Origin: Spirogloea muscicola | Lineage: Eukaryota | DNA: 64,000 nucleotides | Assembly: GCA_009602725.1 (NCBI GenBank) | Contig: WELB01000013.1 | Location: 1,047,566 to 1,111,565 of the forward strand | Direction of reading: 5' to 3' | Part shown: piece by piece, positions 39,797 to 50,778 of the stretch | Numbering within the stretch: the first letter of the stretch is position 1 | Layout: every line of letters begins with the position of its first letter | Program-made: the position numbers and the translations under genes | Notes under the pieces: model-generated | Told to the model about the DNA's origin: nothing | What the model saw: the letters and a program-made list of their open reading frames with translations, nothing else | Databases searched by the model: none

Positions 39797-41572
39797 CTTG
39801 CGAAGCGCTGTTCTTCATGCCTACCACCTAGCTTAATGGGGAATGTTCGTTGAGGATTTCCCTGCCGAAGCGTCACGCTGCAGGGGGGCTAAGGAAGAAC
39901 ACGCTTCCAGGAGAGGGCGGCGGCTGGGAGAGGCCAGCTCAGAAACGAGAGAGGAGCCCTCCTCCTCACTCGCGCAACCCTAACGGACATCCTTTGGGCT
40001 CCCGCAGCTCCGGCTGTGTGGCGTGCTGTGACCCGCAGCCAAGCGGTTTACCTAAGAAGACAGCCTTCCAGTAGAGGCCGATGGATGTGAGCCAGACCAG
40101 AAAGTTAGCTAGTCGGTCTCCTAGTTCAGCAAAGGGGGCCTCTTCCAAAGGGGGCGAGGCTGTGAAAAGCCAGCCAATGGAACAGCGGACAGGAGCCGGC
40201 TGCAACGCCATCGAGTCGCTTACTCAGGTGCACAGGATGATCCTTACCATCTCCCTGCAGCATTCCTCAGGCTTCTTCGCGCACTTTCGGGCAGGCTGCA
40301 CCTTGGCTGCTGCCTCAGGGCTCCGCCATGGCTACGCTTTTCCGCCCTCTACTTATTCCATTTTGCAGTTGCTGACCAAAACTTGTTGAGCGTCCATTTC
40401 CGCAGGTAACGGGTGGTAGCTTCGTCCATCTTGCACCTTCTGGCCCATTCAGACATCGTTAATTCCTTTGGGCTGGCCTCTCACAGCCATTGCCGTACAT
40501 TGTGAGAGTTATTTCTCCTTTAATCAAGAGCTGCTTCTTCCTTGAAAATCAGCTGTTTGCGGCGGAGTTCCCATCCCTCAAGACACTCAGCACCGCAAAG
40601 TGGGGAGGGCACACCCAAAAGGACTGCATCTGCACAGCCAGAGGCGCAGCCTGGTGCCGGCAGGCTCAGCGAAGATTTGACTACAACAGCACGAGTCTGT
40701 AGGGCTGAGGCAAAGGCCTTCGCATTGCGATTTCTCTCTCTCACTCAAAACTCCATGATGACAAGACATGCCATTGCATGAACCTCTGATGCAGTTTTCA
40801 GACTGTGACCTGCCTCCACTTGCGAGCCGGATATATTCCCACTATTCGCTTTTTGCAAGGCACAAGCAGCGTGCATGCAGATGCAGACGTATGACAATCC
40901 AACACATTTCAATTGTGACTATGCGACAGTGTCTCGGTCGATATAATTCCTCTTCACCTTCCCATTAAACAATCTAGACATTCAGGATGTACTCGCTACC
41001 CCTGTCATTGACAAGGGCGGTACATCGAGCAGCGAAACTATATGTCTGACAAGGTCAGCATTCACAGCAGTTAAGATTAATGAGCTCATCCACGTGGACA
41101 GGGGTTGGGGTGTGGTCGACAGCTTCATTCTGACAAGCGAAAGTGCATACACCTGATTTGCACTTACACTCGCCATGCCTTGTGCATATGGTCCTAGTGT
41201 AAAACTTCCCCAATCCGCTTTTCCAAGTGAAATCGTTGGGCATCAAGAGTCATAAGGACGCACATCTGCAACAGCACATGTATGGACCCAAATGTGGAAG
41301 ATGCATACCATACAATGGTTGTGAGCAGTCAATGCTCAGCCACAGTTGAGCGACCGAGCCTTGAGCTCAGTGTGTCACATGCGATTGATGACTAATGAAT
41401 TGGTCCCGAGACGTGCTCATCACCTGCACCAAGCAGTGAAATTGAAATAGCCAGCGTCAGTGTCCACTCGTGTTATGCTGGACTGCCTCGACCGTGATGT
41501 GAAACGATGCGTCAGAATGCATAAATGAGATTTCAGCCCTTGATGCACAGTGAAACATGAGTCAAACCAGCT
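39797..41572 (-). repeat. Right arm of the ~1.77-kb inverted repeat; includes a CRE tail at 40185-40489 (+)
   Basis: Reverse complement of 1545-3308 with scattered substitutions and small indels. Confidence 0.92.
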
Positions 41573-42149
41573 TACGGGGCGATGGCTGTTTAAGGCTAGC
41601 CAAAAAAAAGAAAATGGACAGAATTGGAAGAAGGTTGCCGCTTCCAACAGTACATCGTTGACGCGCGGGCCACCGCCAGGACGTGATGGAAAGAAGGTCG
41701 ACGCAACTGTGTGAAAGATAGGAATTTTAAAATGCCACGCCAGGAAAGGCGGATGGAGGTTGTCTAACGACCAGGTTTGGAGGCGGTTAAACAGTAGGAG
41801 AAGCACTTACAGAAATGGAGGGCTGCGTAAAACCAGCCCACGAAAGAATGAACAAGGTCTAGAGTAGCAGGATAAGAAGTGGGACCAACAAGGCAGTTAG
41901 TTCCTGTCTCCATCTGTGTCTTTCCAGCAGCTGATTTCCTGATTTGCGGCTGCTGACTTGGGGTTACTGAGCAGGCATCCTTGGTGCTCTACGCTTTCTG
42001 GACTCCAAGGGACCTCCTTGTTCATTCATTTGTTCTGGCTCTTCAACAGCCTCGCCACCTATTAATTAGCTTTCTGAAACTTGTCTATTCTTTCCGGGCT
42101 GGCTTTTCACAGCCCTCGCCTCCTTTGATTATGCTTCCAGCTCAGATGG

Positions 42150-42435
42150 GCATGCCGGCAGCCTACTTGTCACTCTTGCGACGTCGTGTGTCAGCTTGTC
42201 TGCAGCGAGCTCAGGCTCATGCGTTGCATCAGAAAGCTGGTCGGGCCTTAGCTGGTAGCTCAAGAGCTTGTCGATTGCCGTCCGGTATTGGGGCATCAGT
42301 TAGCGACCTCTATGTGCTCACTCGTGGTTACTGAGCGGGTCAGCTTAGCAGCAGGTGACATACATTTGTCAATGTGCTTGCCTTTGTACTTGGCCACACA
42401 TGCCCTCCATCTCTTGATACACACTCCATTTCTTT
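42150..42435 (+). mobile_element. 5'-truncated CRE-clade tail (subfamily 2)
   Basis: YLSLLRRRVSACLQRAQAHALHQKAGRAL...SDLYVLTRGY*, plus a 3' UTR block atgtgcttgcctttgtacttggcc shared with ~44796 and ~59487. Confidence 0.85.
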
Positions 42436-42874
42436 CTTTCCCAACAGAGGGCTGCTTCTCTTCGCCCCCTCCATCTCTTAGTACACACTCCATTACTCCA
42501 GAAGATCTGCTTCTTCTCACGCTGTACAGCCAAGCGGAGCCTGACCGTCCTATCAGTAGAGGGCGACGGCTGTGACTGGTCAGCCAACATTAAGAATCAA
42601 CGAAGTTCAAAGTGGCCAATTTGAAGGGCCACTTTCCTTCTCAGAAGAAAGAGAGAGAAGGCGCGCGGTGCGCATGACATTGAATGGGAGGCCAAGTCTA
42701 GCCTTACAAATGTCCTGTTAACTGGGCAATGAGCTCGCTAAGGGGGACACTAATATCCCCGAGAAGAAAGACTCTTTCCAGACTTTCCTTCTCCGGATCC
42801 GGCGCCCCTTTCGAACTTCGAACTGTGTTCATATGCATTTCCGCCGCTGCTCGATTTACTTGTGTGCTTTAGAG

Positions 42875-43091
42875 CTTTCTCTGGCCTAAGTCTATCGCAT
42901 GCGACTAGCCGTATCCCCTTCAGCGGTCCATGGCCCACGCTTTGCACATGCATGCTAGCCGTGCTCTCGCTGCTGCCTCTGGCGTTCGTCAGGAAGCGTA
43001 AGCGTTAGCATTTCGATAGCGCCTCTGGCCCCTTCGCAGTTTGGCCCCTTCGAACCTTGCCACTTCTTTTTGGGCTGGCTTCTCACAGCCC
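42875..43091 (+). mobile_element. Degenerate CRE-clade tail (subfamily 1) with hairpin motif
   Basis: VYRMRLAVS/LQRSMAHALHMHASRALAAASG, then tttgggctggcttctcacagcc at 43068. Confidence 0.75.
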
Positions 43092-43254
43092 TTGCCTCCA
43101 TTTGGAGAGCCACTTCTTCGTCGTCTCTCTCTCTCTGGCCCTTGGGAGCTTATTACTTTTTCCTGGGCTGGCCTCTACTGGGAGAAGATGTCTTTCTCTC
43201 TCGTTTTGGCCATTTTCCTTGATTGGATCCGGCGCCTGGTAAAACGCATGCCGC

Positions 43255-44865
43255 GTGGCGGCCACCCATTGCTTCCCGCCACGAGCGGCGAGCGAGCGGC
43301 ACCGGTCGGGCGCGGCCCCACATGGTGCAGAAGTCAGCAAGTCACGTCTCCCGGCCTTGCATTCTTCCCAGTACATTCTTGCACTGGGAACGACCAGTCT
43401 TTGGGCTGGTCTTGCCAGCTCGTGGCTCCAGGCACTCCCCATCACTGACGCCCTGACCCTCCCAGATGAGGTGTTTCGCACTGCCGTCCACCGGCTCCTG
43501 GGGCTGCCGCCTCCATGCCTCCAGGGCGTGCGTCAATGCCAGTGTGGCGAGCGAGGGGCCGAGCCTTGCGAGCTGGCTGCTCACGTCCTGCGCTGTTCCC
43601 ATGGCGGCGAGAGGACGGCGGCCCACGACCGCCTCCGGGACGCAATGCACGGCATCCTGGTGGAGGCTGGCTTCGCAGTGGCAGCGGAGCACTCCGGCGT
43701 CATGCCGCTCCAGGCCAGGGCCGACGGTCTCCACGCTCGTCGCGTCGACCTGGTGGCCACCCCACAGGCCGGCGGGCCACGTCTGCTTCTGGATGTGGTG
43801 GCTACCGACGCATTCGACCGCTCCCACCCAGCCCAGTCTGCCACCAAGGCTGGGTATGCGGTCGCCTGCGCCGCTCGGGCGAAAGAGATCAAGTACGCCG
43901 ACCATCCACCGGAAGACGAGTTCTTCCCGTTGACAATTGACATCCATGGGGCACTGGGCGCTCGGTGGCTTGAGCTACTTAACCAGCTCGCCCGCCACGC
44001 AATCGCCCGTCGCTTCNNNNNNNNNNNNNNNNNNNNNNNNNNNNNNNNNNNNNNNNNNNNNNNNNNNNNNNNNNNNNNNNNNNNNNNNNNNNNNNNNNNN
44101 NNNNNNNNNNNNNNNNNNNNNNNNNNNNNNNNNNNNNNNNNNNNNNNNNNNNNNNNNNNNNNNNNNNNNNNNNNNNNNNNNNNNNNNNNNNNNNNNNNNN
44201 NNNNNNNNNNNNNNNNNNNNNNNNNNNNNNNNNNNNNNNNNNNNNNNNNNNNNNNNNNNNNNNNNNNNNNNNNNNNNNNNNNNNNNNNNNNNNNNNNNNN
44301 NNNNNNNNNNNNNNNNNNNNNNNNNNNNNNNNNNNNNNNNNNNNNNNNNNNNNNNNNNNNNNNNNNNNNNNNNNNNNNNNNNNNNNNNNNNNNNNNNNNN
44401 NNNNNNNNNNNNNNNNNNNNNNNNNNNNNNNNNNNNNNNNNNNNNNNNNNNNNNNNNNNNNNNNNNNNNNNNNNNNNNNNNNNNNNNNNNNNNNNNNNNN
44501 NNNNNNNNNNNNNNNNNNNNNNNNNNNNNNNNNNNNNNNNNNNNNNNNNNNNNNNNNNNNNNNNNNNNNNNNNNNNNNNNNNNNNNNNNNNNNTGTCTTT
44601 CTTGCGACGACGAGTTTCGGCCTGTTTGCAGCGTGCCCAGGCTAATGCCTTGCACCAGAAAGCTGGGCGAGCTCTAGTTGGTGGCAGAAGGGCTTCTTAT
44701 CTGACATTCAGTATTCAGGCATCGATTAGCGACCTTTATGTTTTGACCCGCGGTTACTGAGCGGGTCATTCTGCTGTAGGTTATGTAGGTCTTAGATGTG
44801 CTTGCCTTTGTACTTGGCCATTTGGCCTTCGTTTGTTTCAAATACACGAAAACTACTTTCTTTGA
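43255..44865 (+). mobile_element. CRE-clade non-LTR retrotransposon 3' part: zinc knuckle and restriction-like (PD..D..K) endonuclease; spans an assembly gap
   Basis: SSWLQALP; CQC...HVLRC; AAHDRLRD (RHD/N motif); RRVDLV...LLLDVV; AKEIKY; FFPLTIDIHGALG; VSACLQRAQA. No RT is visible. Confidence 0.85.
44017..44593. other. Assembly gap (577 N)
   Basis: Run of n. Confidence 1.
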
Positions 44866-45138
44866 CAAAGAGAAGCTTTTAGGCAATGAAATAGCGGCTT
44901 AGCTTGGCCTCCCTTATCACTTCATGCGCGCCGCGCGCCTTCTTCCTCCCCGTCGCAGCGGCCCGATCTCTAACGCCAACTGTCGCCTGGGTTCTCCCCC
45001 GTCGCCGCGCCGAACCTGGCTGGCTTCTACCGCCGCTCTGTTCATGTAGCAGCCGTCTTTTCTTGCCGAACGGCAGTCCCTTTCAGCACCGGCGCCGCTG
45101 CGCCGCCCGTCGCCCCCGCGGCCCGCCCCGCTGACGCC

Positions 45139-48100
45139 ATGGCGGCGCTGAGGTCTGCCTTTACGCCGTCGCCAGTCCTCCGGGCTGGCTCCGACGTCCC
45201 GGCCCTGCTGCGCGGCGATGGCGGCTCCAAGCTCGGACGGGCCTCGCGGCTGCCGAGCGTGTCCTGCGTGATGGAGAAGCCCAGCTTCGACGCCACGCTT
45301 CAGATTGACAAGGAACGCCGCACCATACCCTCCATCCCGATCACTGGCCTTCCCAGCGTCAGGTCCGTGATGGCGAGCGGCCAAGGCATACCTCACTGCA
45401 TGTTCCAACATAGTACAGTTGCAATGCGCCCTACCTGGACGATATCACAATAACACTCTCTCCGAGCAAGCTTCAGATTCAGCAGCGAGGAGCAGCGCCG
45501 CGCTGGAGAGGATCTCTTTGAGGAGGAATTCAGGGATGCAGACCTCTTCGACACCCACACACGCGACGGCGAGCACAGGCCTTCAAATTGGACGCAGCCC
45601 ACCTTTCAGGTATCGACAGCGCTTTTCAAAATATACTGATGTCCTGAGTACCTTACCAGCAGCTCCAGCTTCGCCTCGATCGTCTCATATCCCTTCCACC
45701 GAGCTCCAGCTCCAAGAAATGAGCTCAAGTGACTTGAATGTACCATGAAGTTCATGCTTGCGAGCTCATAGCTCCAGGATGATCTGGTCGTGACAGAGGA
45801 AGACGAAGATTGTCTGCACAATTGGACCGACGAGCAATACAAAGGAGATGATCTGGAAGCTGGCTGAGGCAGGCATGAACGTGGCTCGATTGAACATGTC
45901 TCATGGAGACCATGCTAGTCACCTGAAGGTCATCAAGCTTGTTCGCGAGTACAACGAATCTGTGGGCGCTAACACTATTGCGCTCATGCTGGATACGAAG
46001 GTATATGCCAGTGCTGGAGTTGCCATTTCCTTTGAGCCTCTGTGGCTTGTCAAAGACGAATCCTAAACAACTGTATGCAGTCACGCATCGCAGATGTCGA
46101 GGTTTGTGGTAATCACTAAGCATCAGCTGCCTCAGATGCAGGACTTTCTCTCATCAGAATATATTGTTCTAATTTGTGAACCAGGGTCCAGAGGTTAGAA
46201 GTGGCGACCTGCAGAAACCACTGTGGTTGAAAAAGGGTGACAAATTTGACTTCACGATCAAACGAGGTGTTAGCACAGAGACGATGGTCAGTGTAAATTA
46301 TGATGGCTTTGTGAATGATGTAGAAGTTGGGGACATCATACTCATTGATGGTGAGCCTAAACCACTGCCACCCCATCTGAGCTGTGGGTTCGTTGATAGG
46401 AGGAGCATGATAACTGTATTTGCAAGATAGTTCACATCAATACATCTCTCCAGCCATCAATGTGAGGTGGAGTCAGCAGTATCTGTCATATAGTGGCCAT
46501 CATACTTGGCTAGTTGCTCAAGCTGCTATTATTTGTATTCTTCATTCTTCTTTTGCTCCTAATCAGAATAGACTGTCCTTTCTGCAGGCGGCATGATGTC
46601 ACTTCAAGTCCTTTGGAAGACTGCCGTGGACGTGGGCTGTGAAGTGGTGGATGGAGGCGAGCTGAAGTCTAGGCGACACTTGAATGTACGAGGGAAAAGT
46701 GCAACATTGCCTTCCATTACAGGTAAACAGGCAGGTCAAAGACTTTGGTTGTACTTCAGGTCCTCTACTATCTTGGAACTTATTGCTTACTGCTATCTTA
46801 CTATGCAGATTGTTTGTAGCCTCACTGACCAGCCATACTTCTGAGTCAACAGAGAAGGACTGGGATGACATCAAATTTGGAGTGGAGCACGGAGTGGACT
46901 ACTACGCACTGTCGTTTGTTAAGGATGCACAAGTAGTGCATGAGCTCAAGGCCTTTCTCCAATGTAAGCTTTTCAACATGTGTTAATAGCACCACCCTTG
47001 CTTGTCATTCCTTCAAGCCTGCTTGATTTCCTCCTGCACTGGCCTCTTCATAACAAGTATACAAGGGGGCGGTGGTTTCAGTGCATTGCTACTTAAGGGA
47101 ACATGCGTGATGCTAGTCTTGTTGATTGTGCTGCCTGCACCTATTCCCTGGTGAGCTCCAACGGTTGCCAGCAATGATGGGCCGGTTACATTTGCTTTGT
47201 CCGCGAAGCTTACACTACTGTCTACTTGCACGTGCAGCAAGCAATGCCGACATCAATGTACTTGTGAAGATTGAGAGTGCAGACTCCATCCCTAATCTAC
47301 ACTCAATCTTGGATGCAGCCGATGGGGTAAGTGGACATGTCATGGCTGCTCTTAGCTTTCATCACAATAGTAGCAGCAAGTATCCCCACTCTGTAGCTGC
47401 ACTGATGAGAACAAAAGAGATACTCAAAGGATGGCTGCTTGATTAAGCAGTACTGATTGGGCATGTAGGCAATGGTCGCCCGCGGTGATCTTGGAGCTGA
47501 ATTGCCGATTGAAGAGGTACCCCTGCTGCAGGTACGCTTGAACAAGTCAGAAGCTGTTGTCTGTTCAGATTGCAGGTGTGTTTGCTTGCTGTTTTAAAAC
47601 ATTCCAATATAAGAACAAATAGTTTTCAGTAACTCAAAATTGATTGATTGTTTTTCTTTGATCCAGCAGCAAAATTTGCAGCAGCTAAGCGTGTATCACA
47701 TGATTGCTTCTATACTTCCATCCAGCCTGACATACCGACCTGTCAATCTTGGCAGGGCGAGATAATCCGGATGTGTCGATCCATGGGAAAACCTGTCATT
47801 GTTGCAACTAATATGTTGGAGAGCATGATTGCGGCCCCCACACCAACCCGTGCAGAGGTGTCTGACATTGCTATTGCTGTGCGGGAGGGTGCTGATGCTG
47901 TGATGCTCTCAGGAGAAACTGCACATGGAAAGTGAGTTACTGCATGGCTTTGTACCTGTAGACTGCTTGTAGAGAAGCTTCCTCCCTGACTGACATTAGA
48001 TAGCAATTTCCAGGACAGGAGACTTCTGAGTTATCATTCCTCAGCTGTGTGCATCAGTTGTTCGTAAAGACGAGGATCCTAGAAGCTGGTCAAGACGCTC

Positions 48101-49285
48101 TTCTATGCTGTTTGTTACGTGCTGAGTAGCTGACAAGGAGGTCAAGCCATGGCACAGATTCCCTCTGAAAGCTGTCCGTGTAATGCACACGGTGGCCATG
48201 CGCACTGAGGCAACAATGCTTGATGCAGTTGCTCCAGCAAACCTCGGCCGGGCTTTCAAGGTGAAAATAAATTCTTTCCTCTGCCTGCAAAGTCCATCTT
48301 CCCCTTTACATTCAAAGGAGGCGTGAGCTTGCTGTGTGTTGCTGCCTTTGTTACGCTCTTGCTGTCATGGTGCTGCAGAGGGCTGCATGGCTCACCTGTA
48401 CAGAAATGGTGTGCAGAATCATATGTCTGAGATGTTTGCCTTCCATGCTACAATGATGTCAAACACATTGGGGGCGAGCATCTTGGTATTCACTAGAAGC
48501 GGTTTCATGGCCATGCTGCTGAGCCACTACAGGCCACTTGGCACAACCTTTGCCTTCACCAATGAGTAAGCCATGTGAATTGACCAGCTTGGTTCCTTGC
48601 TGCCAATCAGAAGTTGGTCATGTAGGTTGGGGGCTGGTTTTGAAGGATGAGTTTTCATGTATGAGTGTCAATTTGCATGCTCTTAGCTGGTGCTTCAGGT
48701 GTTAGCAGAGATTACTTGGCCTTCTGGTCAGTGAAGGGTCTGTGTTTGACTTGGGCAAGCAAGAATGTTGTCTCTCTACAGAAAAAGGGTTCAACAGAGG
48801 TTAGCTTTGTACCATGGGGTGCGTGCACTGTACATGCCCTTCTCATCTGATGCAGAAGAGACATTCAATCAAGCACTGGACACCTTACAGGTTTGTCACT
48901 TGATGTCTTGTTGCACGGGCTGCATATCTGCTCCTGCTCCACCAGTCTAGGTGCAAAATGTCCAGCAAGATTTGTGCACAATGTCTGGATCTGCTGAGAA
49001 GGGCCACTCGGTCAGGAGGCATTGACAAATGCTCAGGATTAAACACCCATGTATCTCCTTTCAGATATCCACCTTGCAGTGCCAGCTTAATTTGCACCAT
49101 GCCAAGACAGTTGCACACAACCTTAGCCGGGTAGTTGTTGTGGCCAACTTGCTTATGTGCAGAGGCAGGGCATGGTAAATGTTGGCGAGGAGGTTGCTCT
49201 CGTCCAGAGTGGGCGGCAACCTATCTGGAGATCAGAGTCAACGCATCACATCCAAGTGAGGACTGTAAGGAGGTTAGACAGATAA
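45139..49285 (+). CDS. PKP2: Plastidial pyruvate kinase beta subunit (13 exons)
   Basis: Transit-peptide-like N-terminus; [70 protein letters not shown]; beta-type C-terminus [19 protein letters not shown]. Approximate exons: 45139-45362, 45478-45609, 45797-46000, 46185-46350, 46588-46722, 46853-46964, 47238-47326, 47469-47531, 47756-47931, 48158-48260, 48404-48565, 48782-48890, 49163-49285. Confidence 0.95.
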
Positions 49286-50778
49286 TTGATTGCCTGAAAA
49301 TCGGAGATGAATGTGAGGTCCTGACCTCCTTCTAGACATCAGGACCTAAAGAACGGCTTTGAGTAGGACTTCACCAGGGCCGTTCACCTTCGAAGTACAC
49401 ACCTTGTTGGACCAAGCATTGATGAGCAGACAGCATAGGTACCTGCCATTCTTGTCATAATTCTTATATTGGACAGTCGTATTTTGACGCCTTTGCGTCT
49501 GACACTGGCACAATACTGGGCGGGTATTTGATTGGCTGTAGTTCGTGAGTGAGCCGCTGTACAGCAGGCCGAGTATCAAGAGAGTGGACAGATTGCAGAG
49601 TCGCGCTTATTATGATGTATGATGAGCCACTACTTGGGGGGCCTTTTCACAGCCACCGCCTCCTCCTTGAAAAGTCCTTCCCAGCCCCTCCTGACCATTT
49701 TGAACCGCGTCCGCCTTTCAACCTTTGTCCATTCCTTTGGGCTGGCCTCTCCCAGCCACCAGTCAATCTGGCCGCGCTTGCACTTTCGACAGGATGACGC
49801 TTTCCGCCCTCTACTTCTATCTTCATCTACTCACTAATGGGAAATGAGCTCCATTCCCAGAAGTCTCGAATAGGAGTTTCTTAATTTCGCACGTTCCGGC
49901 CCTTTTGGACCTTGTTCATTCCCTTTGGACTGGCCTCTCACAGCCACCGCCTTACACTGTGGAAGTGCTGTTCCTTCTTGACCTTGTCGAGTCCATCTGA
50001 CCCCTTGTCCATTGCTTTGGGCTGGCCATGAACACTTATCGCCCCCCTCGTGGACGGCAAACGCTCCCTTCTTTTGGGCTGGCCTTTCACAGCCATCGCC
50101 TTGGCTAAATAAAGCACTTGGCTTGAACGTCGACAGCGACCCGCCCTCTAACTCCAGAAGGATGCCCACATGAATATATACGAGGGAGTCCGGGAACCGG
50201 AGGGTGGGCTTGGGTACTCAGCGGGGGCCCGCCCCAACTGTCGCAGCTCCCGGCGCCACGCGGCGGGCTGCGAGGGGATCTCCTCGAAGGGTGGGGGGAG
50301 GCGATCGGGCGGCCACGAGGTGACGGTAGCTAAGAGGCCCCCATCGGACGGCATCGGGAGCAGCCCGCCGATCGGGCGGCGGGGACGGGCTGCTGGTGGG
50401 AAGGGGCCCGTTCACACGGCGGGGCCTGTCCCCATCCAGGGCACCTCTCCCGGCGGGAGCCCCAGGGGGGGAGGGCAGGGGAGGCGCCCGGTAAGCAGTC
50501 CCCGTGTAGGAGGGGAGCGGGGTGGGGGCCGAGGAGGGGGAGAGGCGGGTGGAGACGAGGGCGCGGCGAGCCAGCCAAAGCCCGCTTAACGCTTCTTGGC
50601 CCATTGGGGAATTGGTTCTCGTTCGCTGAAGTGGCCCCTCCACCACTCCCCGTGCCGCCGAGCCTGCCCCCCCTCGGGGCCTCCGGCGGCGGCGGCGGCG
50701 GCGGCGGCGCTCGCGGCGGCGGCGGCTGGCGCAAAGAGAAAAAGGGAAGCGGCCGGGGGGGGGAAGGGAGCTCAGTGN

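Noticed and set aside
43937..44760. Long ORFs (226-501 aa) crossing the N run
   Set aside because: Their length comes from the assembly gap.
45383..45392. Possible GC-AG donor in PKP2 intron 1
   Set aside because: A canonical GT donor after 45362 gives the correct phase.
49630..50100. Clustered repeats resembling a CRISPR or REP array
   Set aside because: Spacing is irregular, units are degenerate, the context is eukaryotic and no cas or HUH gene is present. Treated as retroelement-linked stubs.
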